Source: Tubiluchus corallicola
Lineage: Eukaryota; Animalia; Priapulida
Length of the DNA stretch: 37,838 bases
Assembly: GCA_030141605.1 (NCBI GenBank)
Contig: JAQGDQ010001498.1
Coordinates: forward strand, 1 to 37,838
Direction of reading: 5' to 3'
The translations under genes were made by a program, and so were the position numbers. The notes below the pieces were generated by a model. That model was not told where the DNA came from and made no database searches. It saw only the letters and a program-made list of their open reading frames with translations. This document shows, one piece after another, positions 1 through 11,824 of the stretch (position 1 is its first letter; every line of letters begins with the position of its first letter).

Positions 1-191
1 AGTCAGAGATCTGAGCGTGCACGTCCTGTTGTATATAGTAGTCCTTGATCACAACGCATATTTCGTGGTTCGAGGTCGTGTGGGAACTCATCACTGCCCG
101 ATCGAAGCTCCCGAAGTCGGGTAATTAATTAATTGGAATTAATTGCCTCAAAGTGAGTGTACTTGATATAGTTATGGGGGGTTACGATACA
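1..191 (+). mobile_element. 3' end of an LTR related to the LTR at 2557-3580, in the opposite orientation (solo or 3' LTR; runs off the window)
   Basis: The reverse complement of ~70-150 (aggcaattaattccaattaattaattacccgacttcgggagcttcg) aligns with 2597-2642 (aggctattaatgtcaattaatcaattgcccgactatgggagcttcg). It ends in GTTACGATACA and no PBS follows. Confidence 0.6.
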
Positions 192-474
192 ATCATAAAG
201 GCTTTCTGTACCTCTTATGCTTTTCCTACAGGAAAGTAATTTCTATAACAATACCTTACATAACTACCAAGTTTGTCAAAAATATTTTCCCAGAAATATC
301 AGGCGCATCTTTTAATACTGGTTTACTTGGCCCTCTAAACTGAATGCCTTTCTGAAATTCTAAAATTCATTAGTTTTAGCATTACTGATAGATAAATCTA
401 CTTTATCAATGCAACTATCTACGTATTACAAAAATGAAGAAAATCATTATATATATGTCTTCAATTGGATGTCT

Positions 475-477
<3 letters not shown>

Positions 478-565
<88 letters not shown>
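478..565. repeat. (TA)n microsatellite
   Basis: Direct reading; it explains the spurious IY-repeat ORFs. Confidence 0.98.
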
Positions 566-567
<2 letters not shown>

Positions 568-956
568 AAATATATATCAAGATATCTAAATATGCATGAA
601 TTAACAAAAAAACTATAGCCACATAGGTGCATACTCACATACGCCACGTTGAAAATTAAAAAAAAACATTTTCTTACCTTAGAAATTAAACTACATTACA
701 GCAATCCTAACAACTATGAATCCTAACAACTATGAATCCAAACATCATAAATCCTATTATCTTAAATCTCTAACATCTATAAATCCTAACAACTAATATA
801 AATATATAAATATGTCGCACATATTGCTCCCAAGCTTTCTATTGGTTGAAAGAGAAACCTTGGACGGGTCTCTTTTAGAGAATCTTTGGCTATACGGGTG
901 TTCTCATATTTGTTTTGTCCTTGTTTTGAAACGTTGATCATGGCCGCCAAGCAAAT

Positions 957-1198
957 TCTCTCTCTCTCTCTCTCTCTTTCTTAATCTCTTTCACCTGCTC
1001 TCTCCCCCCCCCTCGCTCTCTCTCTCTCTCTCTCCCTCTCCCTGTCCCTCTCCCTCCCTCCCACCCTCGTGATTTCAACAAGACGCAGGTGTTTGTTTGC
1101 ATACGTGATTTCAACAAGACGCAGGTGTTTGTTTGCTTTGTGGAACTTTGCTCTCTTCCTATCGCATACAGAATATCGCATACAGAATATCGCATACA
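957..1198. repeat. CT-rich microsatellite followed by a 36-bp tandem duplication (cgtgatttcaacaagacgcaggtgtttgtttgc x2) and a 12-bp repeat (atcgcatacaga x3)
   Basis: Direct reading; lies at the truncated end of the Gypsy element. Confidence 0.9.
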
Positions 1199-1199
1199 G

Positions 1200-1741
1200 T
1201 TAGGCATACAGCTCTTATCACCATGTGATTCAAAACCGCTCAGTTCAGAAGCATGTTGCGCTAACTCTACGCAAAGCAGCTTACCTTTCTGTTTCAGCCG
1301 GGCTTGCAACACAACTTCACTTTTTTCCGGTATACACATACACTCATCGGCTAGCAAAAGATCTATCTCTCTTTCACTCACCCGTTCGGGAGCTAAAATA
1401 TGCGTCTTCTTACCGATAATCATTATCTTTTGGCTACAATCTAAAATGCATTCATAGCATGGAGCGCATCTATCCCTAAAATAGCATTTTGCTGCATTTT
1501 CACTACTTGAAATCGAATTTTAACTTTGCTATCCCCGAATTTTGTCAGAATTTCACACTCCCCTATTACTGGCATTATAGTTCCCGAGCCATCTTTTAAT
1601 GACAGCTGGCTGGGGTTACAAGGACCCATTCCCAACTGATGATATAATGCTAAAGATGTACAGGAAGTTGTTGCCCTGTGTCAATTAACATACGGGTGGG
1701 CTTCCCGTTTAATTCTAGCGCACAGGTTGGCTGTGTAATTA
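1200..1741 (-). pseudogene. Retropepsin-like aspartic protease and following pol linker, two frameshifts
   Basis: Manual translation gives ELNGKPTRMLIDTG/ATTSC...NAILGIDALHAMNAF/DCSQKIMIIG...IPEKSEVVLQARL, with 1-bp frameshifts near 1675 and 1445. Confidence 0.85.
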
Positions 1742-2257
1742 ACTATTCCTCCCAACCTGTGGAGCCATTGGTTCTTTAACAGCCATGTAGACTAGGCGCA
1801 CACAGACGCCACCTACATTTTGTGAATCAGGTGATATGCAGAAACCCCGTCTGGTTATACTCTGAACCCATCTTCGAAAATTCTCGCTAGCATCTGCCTC
1901 CTGTCCGCTAAATTTTGGGAGGTCGGCTAAGGCACTACATAACACCCATTGATCAGTCATAACTCCTAACTGTGAAGATAGCTAACTGGCCCTATCAACC
2001 ATACTTGCGGCGGATCCATCTTGTTGCGTCGATCCCCTGGCATGCCCGTTTGACGATACCCCTTCTGTGCAGATAACTCTTGGTTCTATAATAGGCGGCC
2101 CGGGTTGTCCCGTGTCCCTCACACGTTTCAAAATTATGGCGAGCAACGCCTGTACTTCAGGAGTTTGCATCTGTAGCCATCCAGGAGGGATGGTTCCGGC
2201 CCGAATCCATTCCTCTAACTGAGCCTCCATCACCGCTACATTTTGCGGATCTGACAT
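1739..2257 (-). pseudogene. gag N-terminal remnant with an in-frame stop and a probable internal deletion
   Basis: ORFs 1982-2257 and 1739-1960 are in the same frame, separated by one TAG. LADLPKFSG...FRRWV resembles the start of a Gypsy capsid, but the region is too short for a full gag. Confidence 0.7.
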
Positions 2258-2536
2258 TGCTTCATTTTACCCAATAGTTTACTCTGAACACAAACTATAT
2301 AATAAACTGACTGGCTTTCAGCTATAAGCACTGTAAACAATAATCACTTACTAATTCGGGTCCGTGAATTACTGTTCCAATCGCTGCCACACGCCTTGAT
2401 CTCGGCTAATTACCACTGCTCACTGCTCTCGGTGTTCTTTAACTCTTTTGCTTCCTGAAAGGAATCAAGAATCAGCATTTACAACATGCTATAACTGTGC
2501 AAAATATGCAAACCCAGAAAGTTTTAACTACTTGCG

Positions 2537-2548
2537 GTCACGGCACCA
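2537..2548 (-). promoter_or_regulatory. Primer-binding site complementary to the 3' end of tRNA-His
   Basis: Minus-strand TGGTGCCGTGAC is the complement of ...GUCACGGCACCA, the 3' end of animal tRNA-His(GUG); it lies 8 nt from the LTR end. Confidence 0.85.
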
Positions 2549-2556
2549 ATTTTTAT

Positions 2557-3580
2557 TGTTACCTCAACAAATAAAATGTTAGTACAATCGCTAATTAGGC
2601 TATTAATGTCAATTAATCAATTGCCCGACTATGGGAGCTTCGCCTGGGTCGGAATGCCTATGATGAATACCAGAGCGACCTCAGTCCTTTGCTAGGTGGG
2701 CTCCGCAATAAGCCGCTTCAAAATGATTATGCTTTATGGTAGATTCGAGTGACAGATGGTATCTTTACTAGTATGCAAGGTTTCTGAGTAATACTAGATC
2801 GCACAAATCAAAGTGAACACGTTATTGACAATGACGTACAGGTTTATTGATTCGACAAATTTATAATAAGGTGTTTTAACAATAACAACATTCAAATAAA
2901 TCTACGCTTGTTGCGTTTACAATCAGTGTCCAAATTTCGAGATACTGCAGTGTCGCGATACACCTCAATATGATATTCCACAATTTCGAGACAACTGTTA
3001 CTTTAATCAGTACATGCAATCTTCCACCGTTAAGCACAAATTACTTAACAATACTATATAGTGTATAAAGTTACTTAACTCCGGGACTGGCCAATCTCAC
3101 AAGTTCCTTTAATTGGCCAAGTCCTGTTCCTATCTCGAGCCGTCCTAAGCTTCAGTGGTTGGAGTTCCCACGACGCAGATGTTCACTCTACGCTGAGCAA
3201 TAGAAACGATCTCCTACCTTCAGAGTTTTCTGTCTGAGAGTCCACCCCGTCACCTTGTTGACTTCGCCCCGAATTCGCATCAACTACCCCTCATTCTCTG
3301 CGCACTCTCTTTTTGAACCTTGTGTCAAATGACACGACATACTCCGTGGCTGGTCATCAGAGCATTCATACTTGACCATTGCCTTGATGCATTTACTATC
3401 AGTGGGACAAGGTCCCGTAATGTCACTGTTCCAAAATTACATAGCCCTACTTTGAGCCTTTATTTAACATTTGCTAAATTAGTTAGAGCCTACCTGTACC
3501 TATATGATCTCAATCATGGACAATGGGGCTTACCACCGGCTGTTTAGCTGGGAAGTAGTGGACTAAGGTAATGAGTTACA
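2557..3580 (-). repeat. 5' LTR, about 1.0 kb
   Basis: Minus-strand termini are TGTAACTCA...TGAGGTAACA (imperfect inverted ends), with AATAAA on the minus strand near 2843 and a shift to AT-rich sequence after ~3600. The outer boundary is inferred because there is no second full copy. Confidence 0.65.
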
Positions 3581-5199
3581 AATTAGCTCTTAACTTTAAC
3601 CCTATCTGAAACAATATAGGCTAACCGCCTTTCAGATTTCACAGAGTTCATTCTATAGTTATATCTTTTCTATTTTACTTTGCTTATTACTTTAATTATT
3701 AATCAGTTGTCCGAAATGCTATCATACATACATTATATTAAACATACAAGCTGGGTGAGTCCTTTTTTTGAACGGAATAATCTTCGTTCAGATGCCAATT
3801 ATCTATTAATTGATTTAAATTTTATTTTCCTAATGAATGATTCAACATTCTAAAATAAATTCATAACAATTTTATAATTTCTTTCTTTGGATCTTATACT
3901 GTTATTTCCATTATGCTGAACATCAGTGTGTTTATTCTATAATAAAGATAAGTTTTTTTATGTTTTTTTATCAGTTTATGAGTTTTATGTGTTTATGATT
4001 TTGCTTCGCGCATCTGAATCGCAAATTTTTATTGCTACTGTTGTAGCATTTCGGCCAGTTTTTGTTTTTTATAATTAGTTCGGTATTTGTGTACATTTGA
4101 CTCTGTTTGCTTACCCCACTTCAACTTCCTTACATGACAAGTACGCCTCTTAGAAATGTTGCTGTTCAAATTTAAATATCGCGTTTATGATTGAACTCTC
4201 AAATGGCTGTTTAAGATAAGTGCTGATATTTGTAAGGAAATTAAGTAGTCCTTGGTGTGTTTGTATTTTTCGTTATCTGCCACACGTCTGCCAAAAAAAC
4301 GAGAATTAGCCACCAGGATAAATGATCTCCGCAAACATAGTTAAGCAACATAAAGCCCGGTTTATAAATGAATAGTGACAACTGAATGACTCATAGTGAA
4401 CTTGCCTATAAATGTGTGCCTTTTGAGGAATCATGGGTACGCATTCTGACCAACCACAAGGTTGTTCGTTAAAGTATCCACTGACTTTGAATACTGGCAG
4501 ACAGTTTGCTAAATGCAGGACTGTACAATCACATCAGAGCTGCTATAATATTATGAGAAAGTTAACTTTTAATGCACGCAATTATTGTCATTTTTTCACA
4601 TCCAAACTTTGTCTTTTTTCAAATTTTAAATTAGCAAGGTAGTAATTAAGTACACACTTTTAAATGTAAAATTTATACTACTTCTACAGCGACTGCCACC
4701 ACCAGAAGTACTACGATATTATATTGGTGTACATTTTTCCAGATTAAGCATTCCATTCTAAGATTGCTAAGTACTATTGTTTCTTTGCTTATCAAGCTTT
4801 CCTCATCAAGTCTTCATATTCGCTGTTACTCATTTTGACCTTGCAGATTAACATTAGAGCTGCTACAAAATTATAAGAAAGTTAACGTTTATTGCATGTA
4901 ATTAAAAGTTGTTATTTTTTCAGATACGCACTTAACCTGCAATATAATTAAACTGGTAAGTTTGACTATTTTCTTGTTGAATTTTAAATTTTAAATGACC
5001 CTACTGTCCATGTGTCTATTCGTCCACTGTCCACAATAGGTCTTTCTCTTGTATTTCTGTAACAAATGATCGAATCGTCATGAAACTCGTGTGATTCGAA
5101 CTCTAGATCCTGCGCAGTTAGAATATTGACATTGCTAAAATGGTTTTAGCTGACCGAGCCGTAAATAACACTTCATTTTTTGGTAATTTCAGATTGAAC

Positions 5200-5795
5200 A
5201 TGGCTTGGAAGTTGCCACGCAATTTGCTCTGGATTTTGTTTCCGTTTTATTGGCTTTTGCTTTGGCGTTTACGTCGGATTAGGGCTCGGGGTTTAACTCA
5301 GGGTTCGCCTGAGGATTTATCTCAGGTTGTGACTCAGGGTTCGCCTGAGAATTTATCTCAGGTTGTGACTCAGGGTTCGCCTGAGAATTTATCTCAGGTT
5401 GTGACTCAGGGTTCGCCTGAGAATTTATCTCAGGTTGTGACTCAGGGTTCGCCTCAGGATTTACCTCGAATTTTGCCTCGAATTTTGCGTCGAATTATGG
5501 ATCAAATTTGTCGCGTCTTATATTGGATCAAACTTTTCCTAGCACTTCTTTCTTTTTTCTTGGATTTATTCTATGGAGGTATGTAAAGAAATTTTGCTAT
5601 TTAGCCAGAAAACCTTTCCATTTACTTTTTTATTTTCTGCTGTTAACAATCTCAGATTATGCTTTATTTATATCACATTTTACAGGATCATCTTACAATC
5701 AATTTTTGAAACATTTTAAGTTAACAAGCCAGTCCCTCGATAGGACCAGGTATCGGCAAAAACCTTCTCAGAATGCTTGGCAAACCTTTAAATAA
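5200..5795 (+). CDS. Putative small orphan membrane protein, join(5200..5578,5686..5795), ~162 aa, with 12-aa repeats
   Basis: Acceptor tttcag|5193, ATG at 5200, donor G|gtatgt at 5579 and acceptor tttacag|5686 join the two listed ORFs in frame (phase 1). Two hydrophobic segments flank the repeats. A candidate upstream UTR exon lies at 4924-4954 (tttttcag...ctg|gtaagt). No homology recognised. Confidence 0.4.
5296..5467. repeat. 36-bp tandem repeat, ~4.7 copies (actcagggttcgcctgagaatttatctcaggttgtg)
   Basis: Copies start at 5296, 5332, 5368, 5404 and 5440; the unit contains the inverted repeat CCTGAGA-ATTTA-TCTCAGG. Confidence 0.95.
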
Positions 5796-6599
5796 TTGAA
5801 TGGCTTCAGTTGCAGTTAATTGGACATTTTCCTTTGATTGACTGTGCGATTAAAATTGTTTTGTGAAGTTCTATAGATCGCAAAGAGGGTAGCTGTTTTT
5901 ACTTCTATGATTTTAAAATTTGATAAACTGGAAATGTTTTCTTGCAGAACTCAATTGAAATTTTTATCTTGGTAGATAAAATCATACAAGATAGGATTGT
6001 GAGACCTACGAAGCTTTGGGTTATTCATTAGTTTAAATTTTTCTGTTTAACTGCCTAGATACATCATTAGGTTGCCACACAGACAGATATAAGAATAGAG
6101 CACACAGACAGTGTGATAACAAACTACATTATGTCTGTATCGAGTACCAGTAATCTGTTGTTTGCAATCATTAAAATTTCTACACTCTCAATAACCTGAA
6201 GAACTTTGCTGCCAGTAAACAGAACATCGTTTTTCTTGTAACAAAACTTTAAACAATATAATATAGCTTGCGTTATTATTCTGATGAAAAAGTCAAATCA
6301 AATTTACTACATACCCTAGTTTACACAACAACTTAACAACTTATTTACTTTATCATGGACTTTATATATGTATTCTCTTGTAATATTACTTTCTTGCATT
6401 AACCGCTGTTTTTTTTTACTTTTTCTGTTAAAATAGTAAAATGAAATGACGTTTTTCTTCTTTTTTAGATGTCGTTAGTTCGCCCAGTGGGGGGGGGGGG
6501 GTTGGGTACGTGAACCCCTGCTACGAGGTACGAGGCGCACCGGCAGCGGGAGCGGGAGCTGAATACTGATTTACCTGGACGTACTTCAGTCGTCCAGCA

Positions 6600-8033
6600 T
6601 CACATTAAATTTTGATGCTTTTATAACTGTATTAAGTTCATTTCTATATCGTTTGCATTCTACTTCTGATACGTTATTATTTGCTTGTTCACCAGAGAAC
6701 GATACATTTTATTTTTCCGTTTAACACTTTCTAAAATTGCTGTAGTAATCCAAGGTTTTTTTGCTGCTTTATGATTATTATTGTTTTTTTGTAGTTTAAT
6801 ATGTTTGTTATAGATATCAGAAAGCTTAGCATGAAATAAATTGTATGCGTCTTCGGTATTAGTTGTAGAATATAAATATGACCAATCACATTGATTTAAA
6901 TCTTGGATAATTTTGTTTTTTTATATGAACATTATAACTATGTTTGTGCACGTATTCCATGCTGAACGTTTCAATTTTGAGATCAATATTTAAAAAAAAT
7001 TGGGAGGTGATCTGTTATATCTGTTAGAAAAATACCTGATTTGTACTTATAGTCTAGTGCATTAGTAAATATATTATCAATTAGTGTTGAATGAGGCATA
7101 ATTCTTGTTGGTCTTGTAACAGTCGGAAACAGATAATTGGTCAGCGGTTGTGAGAAGCATGGTTTATTTAATTTATATTATAATCCCCTAGTAATAAAAT
7201 ATGTTCGTTTGTCTATTAACAATTGCCATAATGTTCTGTATTTTGTCTGTAAAATGGTTAGGATTTTCACCAGGTGGTCTATATATTACTCCCATTATTG
7301 TATTTTTATTCTTGCTGCGTAATTCAATGAAAAGTGATTCTATGTCTGGATCATTGATGTGGCATAGGTCTTTTCTCACTGTATAAGGTATGTCTTTCCT
7401 TATAAGCAAGCCGACTCCACCACCAGATTTGTGTTTACGATTTATACATTCAAATTCATATCCAGGCAGGGAAATGGTTACTCCTGAATCATCTTGGAGC
7501 CATGTTTCTGATAAGGCAATAATTGAAAAACTTATAGTTAATGATTCTAAATATACATTTAAATAATCAAAATTGGCTTTTAGACCAGGAATATTTAACA
7601 TGGATCATAGACAGTGGTGTACTGAAATCAGTGTTACTGTACAAAGATGTGAACTGATCTTCATCATAGTAATTGCTTTTTGGTATTAAGTTTGGTGTAT
7701 TAAAAAAATTAAATCAGGATCTGCCATATTTGTGATATTATTGCTATCGTCTGATTCAGTGCAAGAGATTTATATTATAATCGCACAAGATAGAACCAAT
7801 ATTTGAGAAACGTGCAATATGTTTAAATTCTTCATCATCTGGTATATTATTGAACGGAAAAATAGACAAAGATGGCAAAACCATTCATTATCATCTGTAG
7901 CCAGGTCATTATAATCATCAACTGATAACGGTGAGCATCTTAGGTGAATCCATCTATAACAGTTGTCACATCCAAGAGCCTTTTGGTTATGTTTAACAGG
8001 TTTCTCGCAAGCGGGACATGAGAATGTTAACAT
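6600..8033 (-). pseudogene. LINE ORF2 N-terminus: PHD finger plus apurinic-type endonuclease, multiple frameshifts
   Basis: C4HC3 PHD (CPAC..CDNCYRWIHLRC..WFCHLC). APE motifs IALSETWL, GGGVGLLIR and GVIYRPP, then in shifted frames LGDYNIN, RPTR..STLIDNIFTN, TDHLP and KPWIT. Confidence 0.9.
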
Positions 8034-9249
8034 ATGAATGATGTAGGTAAAGAGGGCGAGTAATTGTTAAAAAAAATATAAAAAGAAAAAAATGCAAAAA
8101 GACTGAGGTAGTAATTAGGGCCGACTTAGTTGCCTCTATCTTCCACTTTGATTTAAAAAAGGCAAAAAAATAACTGCTTTAAATTATCAAATTAATATAT
8201 CCTGGAGCATATAATTTGCACATGTATTTTGGATTATTGATGTAGCATGAATGCTTTGATTATACATTATTTAGAAATATGGTTCCACTTAAATTTGACT
8301 GTTAATGATATATAGACAGAAAAAAACTTGCCAGATATTAACTAATCACGATACATAGCATTAATACAGTTTAATTATATATCCATGTTGCTAAAAAGTG
8401 AAAATTTAAACAAATTACTATTTTTATGCATATCTTTCTAAAAAGGGGTAAATTTAATATGGAATTAAGCATGAATTTACGTTAAGCTGTCTCGCCTTCT
8501 GTGAGACGCCCATACAAAAAGTGGAGTCACTTCTGTATTAAAACTATTACACGCTCACAATGTTTCATTTAGTGTCTAACAGTGCTTGCTCATTATTATT
8601 TATTATATTGATAATGAATATATAGGCCTATACAAAAAAAAATCCTTCATGTATTGATTGGTAAAATACAATTTCGCAATCAAGGCAGCATACCTGTGAA
8701 TGTCATAGGTTATACCCAGGTACGTTAAAGTTTTCACTTCAAGGTAATCTGTTAATCGGTTTTTGTAAACAGGTTAATATATTAAATACTTGACACGTGG
8801 CAAAATCATGTCCGCAACCATTTATGAATCGCTTATTCATTGGACCATTTACCCATGTAGTCAAGGTTATCAATTAACATACGGATAAAGAAACTGGTTT
8901 CATTAAACCACACTAATCTGCTTGTAATTATTATTCGTTGGTATCCATAGTTTTGTAATCACTTACAGTACCAACCTGCATAGGCATTACGACTGTACCG
9001 ATAACTGTTTCTAGTTATCATGCAAAAAAATGTGAGCTATTTTTTGCTCACTTATACAATATAAACTTGCAATTATGAATAATACATACACCCGCAGGCA
9101 TGCACACACAATTAGTACACACGTAAACTATATTAAGTGAACAGGCAATCTGCCAAAGGGCAAAGAAACTTAAAATAAGAAAGATACCTGTTTACTTGAT
9201 TAGCGTTAAAGACGAGCATAAGTATAATCAGAATCTGCAACAGTTCAAA

Positions 9250-10068
9250 TTAGATTAAGTCCTCTTCACATTTTATTTCGAAGGATTCCATTTTTTCATT
9301 AGCTCTCATAAAGATGCTTCCTTGATTTGTCCATACAAATTTATAGCCTCGCTGCTTTTTGTAATCAACACACTTTTTGAACAATGCTTTCCTGGCCGGA
9401 GCGAGACATTCCCCTATCTGGACACGATTGTTGAACGAAAACCCTATATCACCAAGTCTTGGACGGGTTTTCCTTTGCTTATATACGTTATCCCTGACTG
9501 ACCTTCTTGTAAATTTCACTATAATCGGCGGCACCCCTTTTTCTGACGGTATGTGATGTACTGCACTAATATCCATAGCATTTATCTGCAAGCCCATGCT
9601 CGTAATTATACGGCTGATAATGCTACAAATGTTCTCGTCTTTTTGTTCTAGGATGCCGTAAAATAACAGACAGTCCCTACGTACGTATTGTTCCAAGTTA
9701 TCAATTTCGGATTTATAAACCGCTATTTGTCTACGAGCATCATTAAGGTTAGCCTCAAGTTCTTTATTGATTTTTTCTGCATTATCAATCCTGACTGCAT
9801 TATTCTCTAGTTTAGAATACAATTTATCGTACTTGGTTTCTAGAGATTTTTGTCTCGTTTTAACTTCTATTAACTCAGCAGAAATTTTTGCAAATTGTTC
9901 ATTCATTTCGGCTTTACTTTGAAGAATGGCAGCTAAAAGTTTATCATCTGAACGATTTGATTTACCTTGAGCTACAGCGTCAACCTCGGTTTGGGTTGTA
10001 GTCGTCCCTTCGTTTTCCTCTGACAAAAACGAACAAGACATTCCTGGAGTCACATTGCTATTTTCCAT
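9250..10068 (-). CDS. LINE ORF1 protein (coiled coil, RRM-like and C-terminal domain)
   Basis: 272-aa ORF with a coiled coil, DNLEQYVRRDCLLFYGI, PPIIVKF and GYKFVWTNQGSIFMR motifs typical of CR1/L2-type ORF1. An in-frame upstream ATG at 10149 is cut off by one TAA. Confidence 0.85.
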   Translation of the reverse strand: MENSNVTPGMSCSFLSEENEGTTTTQTEVDAVAQGKSNRSDDKLLAAILQSKAEMNEQFAKISAELIEVKTRQKSLETKYDKLYSKLENNAVRIDNAEKINKELEANLNDARRQIAVYKSEIDNLEQYVRRDCLLFYGILEQKDENICSIISRIITSMGLQINAMDISAVHHIPSEKGVPPIIVKFTRRSVRDNVYKQRKTRPRLGDIGFSFNNRVQIGECLAPARKALFKKCVDYKKQRGYKFVWTNQGSIFMRANEKMESFEIKCEEDLI

Positions 10069-11824
10069 TGCTGCTGAAGTGCTTTCTTTGTTTGTCGGCT
10101 TGTATACAGGTTGTTTTTAGCTCTTCACTTCCGTTTTAGATTTAGTCATTGATCTTGTTTGCATATCACAATTAACTTTCTGCTCATATAACGGCAAGTA
10201 TCAAAACTGCAGCAAAATTTATTTATATTTGCAACATTTTTATCAGCAAATCAGTCGGCCTTCACAAGATTTCGAAATTTTAAATCATGTTACAGGTGGC
10301 GTTACCAATATCAACTGATTTTTGTCCATAACGCATACGCATTCCAGATGTCTGGTAAACGCAGCTTAAGAAGATGTGAATAATTTAACAAATCTATCCT
10401 GGCAGATTTGCACGCGCGAGAAATCTATTTAGTCATATCCTGTCTTTCTTTAATACAAACCATTATTCGTTTTAACACTTTATATTGCTAGTACATTAAG
10501 AAAATTAATTATTAGCAGTTTGCTTGAGGTCTCCACAGAAATATTATTTCCTTTAAATGTGTTTATTTACATGCTATTTTGCATAATGTATGTTACTGGC
10601 TATTCGTAAAGAAAACCAATACTTAAATAAATATGATAGCCAGCACTCAGTTAAGCAAAGACATGGTTTCATTCATGCACAAACACCTGCAACGTTTCGA
10701 CACAGTTATTTGGGCTTTCAAAAACCAAATAGAAATTCGAAGCCTCGATTAAATTTTGATCTTTCTTTGCTCTTTATTACCTAAAACATGTCAGTCCATC
10801 TAAACATAACAGGAAATTAGTGCCAAAAATAACAAATTAACAAATAACAATAGCCAAAAGTCAATTTTACATAATTAAGAGCTATACACTGTACTGTCGT
10901 ATTAATTAATACCTAGCTGTTATTTTAAACCAAATTTAAGTCTTTTAAAGCAATTAGAGGACATACATACGTTGTTAGCCCCAAATCTTGAGCAATTGTA
11001 AACAGATAATGACAATATCTTATTAAATTATCATGACACGTCTTCACGACCAAAATGACATGACTTATCAAGACTCATCAAAACTTGTCATGACACATCA
11101 TGGCCAAAAATTGCCACAAGGTGGCCAAAGCCGACAAAAAGCGAAAGCTGCTAAGTACGCTAATGCAAGATTTCCAGTATAACAGTTATAGTCATGTTCA
11201 CTCGACAATCTACTTAAATAAAAATACAAGGTAAAAAATCAACAATGCGAGAAGTAAACAAAACAAACACCACACTGTAAACTTCCGTACCGCGTGATAC
11301 GAAGACAAATATCTGTTGAAACATTTCTGAAACAATAACCTCTATATGTCTGCTTTCGCTAAAATAGTTTGAGTAAAGTTTATTTTTTCTTGTGGTTAAA
11401 GCTGCTTGCTGATTATTGTTTTTTATTGTGAGGCGTGAGGCAGCCACGATGGGCATGGCAAACTATCAAGACTTTATTTAATAAGCAACACATTTATTTA
11501 ACAACAAACACAACACGATAAATATAAGAGGATAGTAATGCCAGCCCTCTGTCTTCAAGTCAGTTCCTAATTTCCCTCGAGGTGCGGGCCTTATAAGGAT
11601 TACATCATCAATCTTTACTTCTGTCAGCCAGTGGAACACCAGTTGGTCACGTGATGTCATACCTAACTAGGCTTCTGTCCACGTCGATAATTTAAGCTTG
11701 CATCGTCAAACATTTAATCTTGAATTATTAATTTAATAATTTAATCATCAATTTTATCTAAATTATTATTTAACACAGCTTTCCTTTACACTTTTCTTAT
11801 AAACGAGAATTCGTTTTTCTCTAG

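Larger units (their letters stand above)
1195..3580 (-). mobile_element. Degenerate, 3'-truncated Ty3/Gypsy LTR retrotransposon (5' LTR - PBS - gag - protease; RT/RH/IN absent)
   Basis: Correct order on the minus strand: LTR ending GTAACA, PBS TGGTGCCGTGAC, gag with LPKFSG..FRRW, aspartic protease LIDTG...ILGID. Confidence 0.85.
6600..10306 (-). mobile_element. CR1/L2-group (Crack/Daphne-like) non-LTR retrotransposon, 5' portion only (ORF1 plus ORF2 PHD-APE; RT missing)
   Basis: ORF1, a ~1.2-kb spacer, a PHD finger and AP-endonuclease motifs occur in order. The 5' limit is set by the start of the duplicated host sequence at 10307; the 3' limit is approximate. Confidence 0.85.

Noticed and set aside
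409-647. IY-repeat ORFs
   Set aside because: Translation of (TA)n.
5296-5467. CRISPR-like palindromic 36-bp repeats
   Set aside because: The units are directly adjacent with no unique spacers, there are no cas genes, and the context is eukaryotic.
6470-6600. GC-rich island as an ncRNA or tRNA-derived SINE
   Set aside because: I could not identify A/B boxes, a cloverleaf or a second copy; left unassigned.
7770-8033. Host PHD-finger chromatin gene
   Set aside because: It lies directly upstream of and colinear with the LINE endonuclease, is frameshifted and has no exon structure.
10590-11660. ORFs conserved between the duplicates (10590, 11214, 11478 and their copies at 20948, 21572, 21836)
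   Set aside because: They lie in lectin intron 1; the conservation reflects recent duplication and they show no protein-like features.
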